Positions 12,798 through 23,471 of a stretch of 64,000 bases of DNA are shown in pieces. The notes below the pieces were generated by a model. That model ran no database searches and was not told where the DNA came from. It saw only the letters and a program-made list of their open reading frames with translations. Position numbers and translations under genes: made by a program. Position 1 is the first letter of the stretch. Each line of letters starts with the position of its first letter. Source of the stretch: Trichinella spiralis (lineage: Eukaryota); contig NW_003526941.1 in the NCBI RefSeq assembly GCF_000181795.1, forward strand, positions 6,986,812 through 7,050,811. The letters run 5' to 3'.

Positions 12798-14510
12798 ATG
12801 AAGAAGAAGAAAAAGAGTCGTAAAGTGGAAGCTGGTCATTTGCTTATCAATCATTTGATTAGAAGATCTGCAAAAAGTAACTGTGGTCATTTGTATGGGA
12901 ATGAAGAGATGCAAGTGCCGTTGCGGTCGATTACAGAGGAGACGAATTTGGAGGAATTTTTCAGTCGTGCCGAACTGCTCGGTTCGACATTTGCTGCGGA
13001 ACGCATGAATGCGATTGTGGTGAATAATTGTTTGCCGAATAATGCGAACCAACGTGATGCTGTCTACGTTCCGGAGGATGTCGAGAGTGAGTTGAAAGTG
13101 CCTCGACGACCCGACTGGCATGGGGCGAAAACAGCTGAATCACTGGCCGCCGAGGAGCAGCGGATTTTTACCGAATGGCGTTGTCGCTTGAACGCGCTCC
13201 ATGCTAAATCCGGCCTAGTGTTGACACCCTATGAAAAGAATCCGGATATTTGGCGCCAACTGTGGCGCGTTTTGGAGATCAGCGATGTTGTTGTTCAAGT
13301 GTTGGACGCTCGCAATCCGTACATGTTTCGTGTGCCCGATTTGGAATTGTATGTGAAAGAATTGTCTTCTGAGAAGAAGATTTTTCTGCTTCTCAACAAG
13401 GCCGATTTGATTAGTGCTCATCAACGGAAACTTTGGGCGAATCATTTCAATACTGTTCCGAATATTTCCTATGCATTTTGGTCAGCTCAGAAGGTGATGA
13501 ACCGACCGACCTTTGATGCAGAGGTAAAAGAGGATGTTGAAGTTAATGCAGAGGATGATGAAGAAACAGCAGCAGAAGAAGCGGAAGACAAAGAAGATGA
13601 GAAAAACAAACATCAGTCCATTGAAATTGTCGAAAGTGGAGAAGATATTAGTGAAGAGGTTGACTGTGCTGTGCGAAATGAACAAGAGCTGTTGAGCATG
13701 TTCAAAAGTCTCAGAAGTGACCACAGCCGACCCCTGGTAGTCGGTATGGTCGGATATCCGAATGTCGGCAAGAGTTCAACGATCAACAAGTTGCTTCAAC
13801 GGAAAAAAGTTGCAGTATCGAAAACACCGGGCAAGACAAAGCATTTGCAAACACTGTATCTAGATGATGAGCTTATTCTGTGCGACGCGCCAGGTCTGGT
13901 ATTTCCTGCGGCAACTTTCCGGCGGGAACATATGGTATTGAACGGCATGCTTTCTTCGAATGTTGTTAGCGATTACGTCACACCGGTGAGGCAGCTGTGC
14001 AGTGTGTTGCCGTTGTACGTGTTCGAGTCGATTTATGGCATTGTGCTCAGTGAAGAGCAGCAGGCAGCAGAACAGGCGAACCCTGACAACGCAGATGTAC
14101 TTTTGAATGCGTTGGCTTATCGACGGGGTTTCATGTCGGCCAAAGGTCTACCCGACCGATCCAGATCCGCTCGACAGCTCATACAAGATTGTGTAATTGG
14201 AAAATTGCCATACAGCTCTCCGCCACCGGATGTCGATCCAAAATTATACAATGATTTCAGTTCATTTTCTGTCCAACGAACCGCATCCAAGTTGAGCACG
14301 TTGAATTTGCTGCAACGGAAAAATTTGATCAAGACAAAAATAACAGCGGAGGATGTAGATAGAGAATTTTTTTCATCTTCCAGCTCTGGTGTACATTTTC
14401 GTGGACGTGTGCCTGGCTCTGCTATGCCAGTTCCTGTTAACTCGAAAAAGCATTACAACAGAAATAAAAAAGAAAAACTACGCAGAGTTTATGCTCATTT
14501 GGATGCTTGA
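12798..14510 (+). CDS. LSG1: Large subunit GTPase 1 homolog (circularly permuted GTPase, 60S maturation), single coding exon, 570 aa
   Basis: VPRRPDW, TPYEKNPDIWRQLWRVLE, DARNP, G4 NKADL preceding G1 GYPNVGKSS, G2 TPGKTKH, G3 DAPG and C-terminal KKHYNRNKKEKLRR, all typical of LSG1. Confidence 0.96.
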   Translation: MKKKKKSRKVEAGHLLINHLIRRSAKSNCGHLYGNEEMQVPLRSITEETNLEEFFSRAELLGSTFAAERMNAIVVNNCLPNNANQRDAVYVPEDVESELKVPRRPDWHGAKTAESLAAEEQRIFTEWRCRLNALHAKSGLVLTPYEKNPDIWRQLWRVLEISDVVVQVLDARNPYMFRVPDLELYVKELSSEKKIFLLLNKADLISAHQRKLWANHFNTVPNISYAFWSAQKVMNRPTFDAEVKEDVEVNAEDDEETAAEEAEDKEDEKNKHQSIEIVESGEDISEEVDCAVRNEQELLSMFKSLRSDHSRPLVVGMVGYPNVGKSSTINKLLQRKKVAVSKTPGKTKHLQTLYLDDELILCDAPGLVFPAATFRREHMVLNGMLSSNVVSDYVTPVRQLCSVLPLYVFESIYGIVLSEEQQAAEQANPDNADVLLNALAYRRGFMSAKGLPDRSRSARQLIQDCVIGKLPYSSPPPDVDPKLYNDFSSFSVQRTASKLSTLNLLQRKNLIKTKITAEDVDREFFSSSSSGVHFRGRVPGSAMPVPVNSKKHYNRNKKEKLRRVYAHLDA

Positions 14511-14707
14511 AAATCAAATATGTATACTGTTCACATTTTTTGGTTTGTTAATGGTTTATTTCAGCATATACTGTTTATCAGACAATGGATATTAAAAGTT
14601 GAAACTTGGAAATGTGAAAAAAGGTTTTGAATTTTTAATTGTTATAAATGTATATTTTTTTTCTTCAAATAGAGTTTGTTCAAATTGAAATATTTGGAAT
14701 GTGTAAT

Positions 14708-17568
14708 TTAACAGTTGTCCAGCGTTGGATTGAGTAACGACAAGAAGCCGCCAACTAAATGAACACTTCCGGTGACGAGCACTTGTATTGTTCGTTGATG
14801 ATTATCAGTTATCATCATGTTTTCACTTTTGAAAAGCTGACGGATGCTATCATGAGCAGTGCTGATGCAACAAAAGCTTTCCACATTGGTAAGTGCTGAA
14901 TCTAAATTGCATGTATATATATATATATTCGCATAACTTTCTTTTTCTTCTTCAACTTACCTTGTTTTTGTATCTCTTTCCAAATTTGCATATTTCTCCT
15001 GATTACTTCCGAATTGTTTCGTGTATCGCTTTGGTAAGATATCGTTTCTGAAAGGAAATTGGTTTAATGTATCAAATGTTGAAAATGTCTGTCTAATTAG
15101 AAAAATGATTGCCTGAATCAGAATTCATGTCACAAGTGACATTGGTTGGACAGAAGATGGCTTTGTTGAAATGAAAACGCTGAAGCGAGCATATGAAAAA
15201 AATTTTTTTTTAATATTAATGGTTGAATTTGAAAAATGAAAGAGAGAGAGAAAAAGTACTACTGTGAGAGGTAGGAGAAGTTGCTTGGCATTTCGTCCTC
15301 TTGTGCAGTGGAAAACCAAAATACGATAATCAGCTTCAGTTGCTGCAGCTTCGCCAAACCACGCGGCACAGCACTGCCAATTGGAAAATGAAAAGTAAAA
15401 AAGAAAGGAAAGATAAAAAAAGAGAAGAGACAGTATAACCTGAATACTGAGAGGCGTGTGTGCACCGTCCAAATAATATTCAATGCCATTTTTCTTTATA
15501 ATCTGTGAACGACCAGGCCAACGGCACGACTCCAATGCTTCAAGGGAGAAATGTTTAAATTTGAGAAATTACCTTCTTCACCAATTAATTAAATTTACCC
15601 ATTATTTCTTTTTCGTTCAATGGTGCGTCGAAGAGTTCAGCTTTGAAATTTTTCACATTGTTCATGTTCAAAATTGGCGAACAACAATATCCTTAATGTG
15701 CAAATTTTTAATTTTAAATGATTTACAATTAAATGAAATTTTGCTCATCACAATTGCCTTACCCATTTTCATAATCCAATAACGAGCCAAGTGAATAGCT
15801 AGATTTGCATTTTCTTTTTGATGTTCTCCAGCTATTCCCAAATTAGTCATATACTGATAGTTGGAAAAATCATTTACTGCATAAAGAGGGCACTAGAATT
15901 TTCAATTTCAATAATTTAAAACAAAAAAGACAATCTTTTCATTATTTATTTATTTATTTGTAGGAATAAAATTCAAATTACTCCGATTTCTTTCGAACGC
16001 TTTTCAAATACTTCCATTGCTTCAGTGCACTGAGGCACTGTAAATGTGGGAATTCCTTTCTGAAAAGATTCATCACAATGAAATGTTTTTCTTTTCCATT
16101 CACTTTCCACTGAAACAACGATCAATTAGCATTACCTTCATTATTCCGGCTTTGTTCCAAGCAATCTCTTCAATAGTATCACCCAAAAGTTGTGTATGAT
16201 CGAAATCAAGTCGGGTTATAGCGCAGACGACAGGATTTCTAGAAAAATCAATGATCAATTTTTTTTACAGTTTGAAAAAATTATTCTAACTTGACAATGT
16301 TCGTGCAATCGTACGTGCCACCAATTCCAACTTCTAAAATAGCTACATCAACCTGAAATAATTTTTATAATACAGATAATATTTCATAATAATGGTATTA
16401 TTTATTATTGCATAATTTATTTTTTATTCTTGTACGTTGCATTAATTTTAATATATTACAGTATACCATACTGTACCTTTAACTCAAAGAAAATATGGAA
16501 AGCCAGAGTTGTAAGAAATGGAAAATATCTGAGGACGGTCTTGAATTCCATATTCTGAAAACAAAGCAGTCATTAAGAAAACATAAAACTTATTTACTTT
16601 TTGCTCTCTTCATCAGTACAAAGTAAGCAATGTTCACCACTTACAAATGGCATTTTTGTTGTAATGAAGCAAACATTTAATAACTTTTTTAAAAGAAATT
16701 CATTATTAACAGTAGAATATCAAAATGTGATGAAAATTTCAAATAGTGTTGGATTGAGATATGTTTATTGCATGTTTCATTTATAAATTCAATAAATTAA
16801 ACAAGTCTTAAACTTAATAATAAATCTATTGAATTTAGTGGCATTTTTTTTATAAAAATACATTCGTACCTCATTTTTACAAAGAGCTACCTTTCTGTAA
16901 AGTGTCCAAAAAGAATCTCTGAAGCATTCTTCTGAAATTGGATTGTTATTTATTCGAATGCGCTCTCGAACACTGACCAAATGTGGAGAACTGCAAAAAA
17001 ATATATTTAAACTAAAATTATTTGTACATTTAACAAATACCTGAAAAAGCCTGTGCGTATTCCTTTGGAACGCAAAATGCTCTCTACGAAAGCACAAACC
17101 GAACCTTTTCCTTTTGTTCCGCTAACGTGGATCACGTTCAACTGATCCAATTTTGAAATCTGAAAAATTATTTAAAATTTACAAGCTGACTATAACCCTT
17201 TCAAATATACTTTGACGAAACATTTTGAAATGCTAAAAGATTAATTCATTTCATGCATTTTCAGAAAATCCAGCAAATCGTCGTCATGCTCAAACAAACT
17301 CATGCTTATCGTACAAACAGTAAAATATACTTACTTCCAAACCAGTAGCAGGTATGCATTTTGCAAAATTTTCAAACCATTCAGTAGGGTGCTTATTGTT
17401 TTCGTATTTTCGTTCCGATGTAATTTGCAACTCATTAAGTAGTTTCACAACTTCCTTTGTTAAGCGAATTAAAAAAAAATTAAATTTGTGATTACTTTAT
17501 CTTACCTTGAAAGAAGGTGCGTTTGAATAAGTCCTTTGTGCCATTGACATCACATTTCTCAGAAGCAT
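14708..17568 (-). CDS. FPGS: Folylpolyglutamate synthase (multi-exon, more than 12 exons)
   Basis: Spliced motifs in order: [21 protein letters not shown] (P-loop), [82 protein letters not shown]. Stop at 14710-14708; exon 1 is 17568-17506. Confidence 0.95.
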
Positions 17569-18185
17569 TAAAGTTTTACGAACTATAAATAAAAAACTGA
17601 AAGATTAATAATGCACAAGTTACTGGAAAAAATAAAACTCGCCCTAATTACAGATTTGCTTAAATGGATCATATGATAAAAGAAAAATATTTTAGATGAA
17701 TTCTTAATTAATTTTCACTACTGTTTATTAATTTTCATTTATAACAAGTTTGCTTAAGCTTTATTTAAAAATCATAATTCTCAATAAGATCAGTACAATA
17801 TTTGCAAGTCGTTTACAGTAAAAATGTTTAATTTTCAGTTACAAATTTTAATTGTATTATTTATGTAAAAAGTATAAAACTTGAGACTAGAACTGATTTT
17901 TGTGACTGATAAGGTATTATGTCTATCGAAGTGTTGCTTAATGTGCTCGTTTGATGACTATTATTTGCTCGTTCTAAAATTACCTGCATTAAAAATTTGT
18001 AATAGCTGAATTCTGGATAACAAAATTAAATAGATGAAGTGCTGAATAAGTTAAATTATAGAATTTTAAAATTGACAAATTGGTTTCCTTCCGATTACTG
18101 TAATTTAAGTTGGAACATAATTCTCACAATATTACAGTAACCAATGCTGAATTTATTTTTTAGATAATTACACCAACCTTTCACC
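17569..18185. promoter_or_regulatory. Probable bidirectional promoter region FPGS / IMP3
   Basis: 617 bp between divergent start codons. A T-rich acceptor (TTTATTTTTAG, ending 18163) lies just upstream of the IMP3 ATG. Confidence 0.5.
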
Positions 18186-19032
18186 ATGCGAAAGCTCAGA
18201 TATCACGAACGAAAACTGTTGAAAAAAGTAGATTTTATTAACTGGCAGGTGGACAATAATTTGCACGAAAGTAAAATAATGCAACGTTATCGTTTGAAAT
18301 CCCACGAAGAATATACTTCGTACTCGAAACTTTCGCATGAAGTTCGTGAATTGGCTCGTAAAATCAAAGAGCTCGACCCAAAGGATCCATTTCGTGTAGA
18401 ATCCTCACGTTTGCTTATTGACAAATGTTATGCAATAGGTTTGATACCCACTCGCCGAGGGCTTGATCTGTGCGATTCGGTAAACACATCCGCATTTTGC
18501 AGGTAAACATTTTTTTGCGTCAGTTATTATTTATTAAAATTATTTTTAGGCGTAGACTTCCAGTTTTGATGGTCAAAAGTAATATGGTGGAAAATTTAGC
18601 GACCGCTACCAAGTTTGTTGAACACGGACACGTACGTGTTGGCCCTGTTATGATAAGCGATCCTGCATTTATTGTTCCAAGGTAGGAAATTTTGCTAAAA
18701 AGAATAATTTTTTGTTATTTTGATTTACTTTTTTTTAAAATTGAATGCAACATTTACAAACAATTACTGAATACGTGTGAACTGTAAATTTCAATTCACA
18801 TTGCTCGTTTTCACTTTTCCTTTGAAGAAAGCAATTTTTTGTATTTATTTTTTTATTAAACCAGCGTGAAAAAGAAATATTTGTATTTGTGAATGAATTA
18901 ATAAGTGTACTATATATATGTCGTTGTTGTAGAAATTTAGAAGACTTCATTACATGGACGAATACGTCTGCCGTGCGCAAACATGTTCTCGAATACAATG
19001 ATATGAAAGATGATTATGATTTAATGTGCTAA
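18186..19032 (+). CDS. IMP3: U3 snoRNP protein IMP3 (S4 domain)
   Basis: Exons 18186-18502, 18550-18681, 18933-19032. MRKLRYHERKLLKKVDF..SAFCRRRLPV..VEHGHVRVGP..DPAFIVPRNLEDFITW..YNDMKDDYDL. Confidence 0.96.
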
Positions 19033-19216
19033 TGGCGATTTGTTTTGTTGTTTTCAGTGATGATCATTTTGGTTTTGTAGTAAAATTTCATTGAAAAATC
19101 TATGAATACTATTTTTAAAAAGTTTTGCTTTAAATACTTTTTTACTTATTTTGTTTGAATGTATGAATCCATGTGTTATTTATTATTATTATCACTGTCT
19201 AGGGGACCATCAAAAT

Positions 19217-19785
19217 ATGTACAAATCTCGTCCAAATTTTTCGAACTGTGAGTATTTATTTTTCTTTTTCGTTTTTCTTCTATTTCATTTTATTATAATC
19301 ATATTCATGTAATATTCCTGAAATTGCTAGTACTGTTGAAAAGAATATGAATGAGGAGGCGTTTTAAAAATTTTGAAAGTGTTTTTTCCTGTTAATGTTT
19401 TTGTGAAACGAAGTGGAATTGAATTATTTTCATTTTAGTAGACGATTTGGCGAAAAAGAACAAACGACCCCAAGGAGATTGTGATGCTGCTTTCAGTGAA
19501 TGGGCTGTTCGAAATAATTTCTCCGTTTTGGAATACAGTCGTACGTGTCAAGCTGCTGCATCCGGCGTTGCTGCTGGTATACTTGGGCTCACAGGATTAG
19601 CAGGTTTTGTTTTTTACTTTTTGTGTGCTTTGGCGCAAAGCTGTGTTTGGTATTGGAAAACTGACTGTTGTTGGAAAGATTACTTTCCAAATTTTTCTAC
19701 TATTCTGTTGCATGGCCTTTTTGGTGGCTTGTTTACTTATGTTTTGTTTTGGACCTTTCTTTATGGTATTGTACATGTTTATTGA
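19217..19785 (+). CDS. EMC6: ER membrane protein complex subunit 6
   Basis: Exon 1 19217-19247 (donor GTGAGT), exon 2 19439-19785. AVRNNFSVLEYSRT..SGVAAGILGLTG..GLFTYVLFWTFLYGIVHVY is the EMC6/TMEM93 signature. Confidence 0.95.
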
Positions 19786-19887
19786 TTTTAAACATTTAAA
19801 ATACATACTGTAATATAATAAATGTAATGTTTTATAGGACAGAAGTTTTCTTAAATGCAAATTCTTTTATACAATTAATTTCTTTGC

Positions 19888-21201
19888 TTATTTGCAACCC
19901 ATGCATGAGACAATTATTGAACCTTGGTGTTCTGATGGTATTGGTCGTTTTATGCAGGGAAGCTTTTTGTAAGATAGACGACACAATTTGGTTTGTGGAT
20001 TGTATAATGCAGAATGACAAAAAACCGACTGATGACAGTGAACTGCGCAGTCGTAAAAATCCACTACATCCGAAACACTTCCGTAGGTGATCATACGGTA
20101 TGTCATTGGTGCTGGTTGATAAAAGAAGGTAAAATTTTGTGGACAATCTGTAAATAAATATTTCGTATAATTGTTTATTTATTAAAAATGAATTTTTTTT
20201 TTCTTACCAGTTTTTAGTTTATTTGGAAGTTCAGTTGTCTTGACAATTTCTGATGGTTCAGTGCTACTTGAGCTTGGTAGATTTGATGTTAATTCTGATT
20301 TTTTGGTTGTAAAAGTAGGTGTTGTTGTAAGTGTCGAACTGGGCAGTGTTTGTAATGCATCAGCGTCTAAAAGAGATTAAAGTTGTTTAGTTAAAATAAA
20401 ATTTTGTAAGTAACAAAAGCCAGAATTCATCTATTCATCATCAGTAGTAGTATACTTGTAGTAAATATGTGATATTCTTTAAAGAAAATTAAAAACTCAA
20501 AACTGAATATGATGTGCATATTAACAAACGGTGGACTAGAATTTACGACAGTACATTATTTTTTTAATGGTCAGTCTATTTAGCTGATATTTTTTTTGAA
20601 ATTGGTTTGGGAAATTGTTCATTGATGAATGAAATAAACGACGCGTTGCTTTACCTTCTTCACAACGCAAGCAAGAATATGCGTAGGTGATTCCAGCTTG
20701 TATGGACTTTGTTTCGTTCTTGTCAGGGATGTGATTGCAGTTGGCACGTTGCCAATATGCAAATCGACAGAAAGCACTGCCGTCGAAACTCTTCTTTGGC
20801 TTTTCGAAAATGACCGTGTAGCAAAACATCAAACGATCATAGCACATTTGAAGACATTCATCGAGTGATTTCACTTTACGAAGCATGTAAGGAGTGATGT
20901 CGATTAGACTCGACTCCGGTAGTTGAATTTTTGAAAGTTTACCACGGCATGCTGGAATATTTAAAGTTTATTTATTTTTATTGTTCATATATATATAATA
21001 CATGTAACGAATAACATGATATTGATTTTGCTTACCTGTGAAATTTGGCTTTGAATCGATAGATTGAATAGCTGCTAAAAGAAAATGAAAGTTTTATAAA
21101 AGTTGGAGTATTTTGAAAAAAAATATCCATCTTCTCTTACAGTATCCAGGAAACGACGATATCACTAGTAGAAGTGGAAAAATGTAAGTGAATGTATTCA
21201 T
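19888..21201 (-). CDS. Small secreted protein: signal peptide, PAN domain, Ser/Thr-rich linker, second PAN domain
   Basis: Phase-1 exons: 21201-21141 (MNTFTYIFPLLLVISSFPGY), 21074-21036, 20951-20655 (SLDECLQMC..FCYTVIF..FCRF), 20366-20208 (S/T/P-rich), 20147-19888 (FYDCAVHC..FCHSALYN..LCRL). Confidence 0.82.
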
Positions 21202-22347
21202 GGAGGGATAGATTTGTATTTGGTAAACTTTTTGAAAATTTCGTAATCTACTGGATGGAACGAAATTCAATTGCAGTGAATGTGAAATTTCTGTCAAAGC
21301 AGCATTTATATAGAATATAATTTTCAAGGCGCTTTTTGAGGCGCAAACGGCTCAACAATTATTGCTTACACAAGGACACGTTTTTCAGTTCTGTCTTGTT
21401 GTTGCTGTCTTTTTTTGTTTTACGATCTTCCTCATAGTTGTTATTTTCAAGGGCAGGCGAGTTTAAATATTTTCATCAAACCGATCCCATTGGTCGGTTC
21501 CTTTTTGATAATTTGCCCGACCCTGAACTTCGTCTGGAAAAATAGCAATTTTCATTTTTCATTTTTGCCATCTCTTTTTTTATTTCATGAAAAAATGCTT
21601 CATCAGAAGATAGCCGAAATCACTTTCATTCTCATTGATCACATATCAAACTGACTTAGATGTGTAGAAATAGTGCAAAAAGAAAAAAAATGTTTTTTTT
21701 TCTTATAAATTCAACTTTTGAATTTGTTTTTTTTGAGCAAAGAAAACAGCAACTACGAACGAAAGTGAACATTTTGTACCACCTTCTGTGTTTTAATGTT
21801 GTTCATTTATATTGTTGCTTGCTTTTTGAACTTACTGTATTTTTGTGTTTTTTGTCTTTTCATTCGGTACACAATTCAAAACATATAAACTTCTAAGTAA
21901 ATTTAATAGAATTTTAATAAAAGAAAAATTGTAATGTAAAAAAGACGTTTAACGTAAAAATTTATTTAACTGAACAAAAATTTTTAAAGTAATTGCTCAT
22001 ATGTTTTAATCCACTTTAAAATGCCGTTTAAAGTAGCTTGTTTAAGACATGTTTATCTATCCAAACTATTCAACAACTACCAGTGAACAGTTGAATTTGC
22101 TTTACAGCAGTTTCGAGCAGATTAAAGCATGCTAAATAAGCAAATATTGTGTAGATGCGCAATATTGGTACTGTTATTTTTTGTCTTTTGATTTTGTAAT
22201 AGAGAAAATTAAGTTTAATTTTTTAATGTAAAAGAAAAATAGATAAAGCAAAACTTTTTTGCTTTCTATTGCTTTGTATGCAATTTATCGTTCATAAAAA
22301 TAAATTTTTTTTTATTTTTTATTTTATATATGTACATATATTTTCAG

Positions 22348-23471
22348 ATTGTTAGTATATGTTACACCGGTATTGCGGCGAAATATAAAAATTGGTCAAT
22401 CCTCCCTCTAGGTGTGTTGACATTTTTATTCACAATTTTTTCACTTGTGCAGTACAAATTCCATATAGTGAAGAAGAGACCCAAACTGACAGTAAATTGA
22501 TAATTTTTTTTACTTACTGAAAGATTTTAATGTTGTTTGTTGTTGCTTAAAGTTGGAAAATTAATAATTGTAATACAGTAGTTGCAGTTGTCAGTGTCAA
22601 TGGATTAATATCGAATTGAAGATTTGAAATAAAAATTTTATTCTATTATTAATTTCAGGAAGCTATTTTTGGGCTGAGTGTTATACTTTTCAATGGTGGT
22701 GTTATTGCTATCATCTTCTTAGAGAAGGATTTTAACATCCGTGAGGAAATGCTCAGTGAAAATAATGTTTTTAAATTTGCCACCGCTGGTTGTAATGTAT
22801 TTTGTGTATGTTGTCAATTGTACGTATTAGTAAAGGTGTTGGCTGGAAAAACGGATGCAGACGTTGCAACTACTAAAGCAACTGGTGATTCGAAAGTGCA
22901 GGGAAATGAAAATTTAGCGCTTAATGATGCTGAAGAAGGTGCTGATGAAGATGAAGAGGAAGAGGGAGAAGGAGAAGAGGGAGAAGAAGAAGGAGAAGAA
23001 GAAGCGGATGAAGATGAAGAAGGGGAAGGAGAAGAGGTAGAAGAAGCAGGAGCAGGAGTGGCAGGAGCAGCATTAGCAGGAGGAGGAGGAAAAGCAGAAG
23101 AGAAAGAAGCAAAAGATGCAAAAGGAGGGAAAAAAGGAAAAGAACAAAAAGCGACCAAAGCTAAAGAACAGAAGAAAAAAGACGACAAGAAGGCGAAGCA
23201 AAAAATGACGACGACGAAAAAGGAGAAGGAAAAGAAAGCCACAAAAAGTCCCAAAGCTAAAAAAGATAAAAAGGCGAAAACTGCTAAAAAGAAATCGAAA
23301 ACAAAGAAGAAAACAGGCAAGGGTAAAAAAGCCAAAAAAACAAAGGGGACAAAGGGGAAAAAGAAAACGAAAAGTAAACCTCTTAAAAAGTTAGCAGGTA
23401 AAAAGAAGAAGGTACAAAAAGCAACAAAAAAAGCTGCTAAAAAAGTTACGAAGAAAATTGGCAAGAAGTAA
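22348..23471 (+). CDS. Uncharacterised multi-pass membrane protein with a Glu-rich then Lys-rich C-terminal tail (5' end not resolved)
   Basis: Exon 22348-22491 (TTTTCAG|, 144 nt, IVSICYTGIAA..WSILPLGVLTFLFTIFSLVQY) splices in phase 0 to exon 22659-23471 (TTTCAG|EAIFGLSVILFNGGVIAIIFL..). That exon is in frame with the 240-aa ORF. AATAAA at about 23578. Confidence 0.7.

Noticed and set aside
22749..23471. Histone H1 call
   Set aside because: No winged-helix globular domain; the similarity is compositional only.
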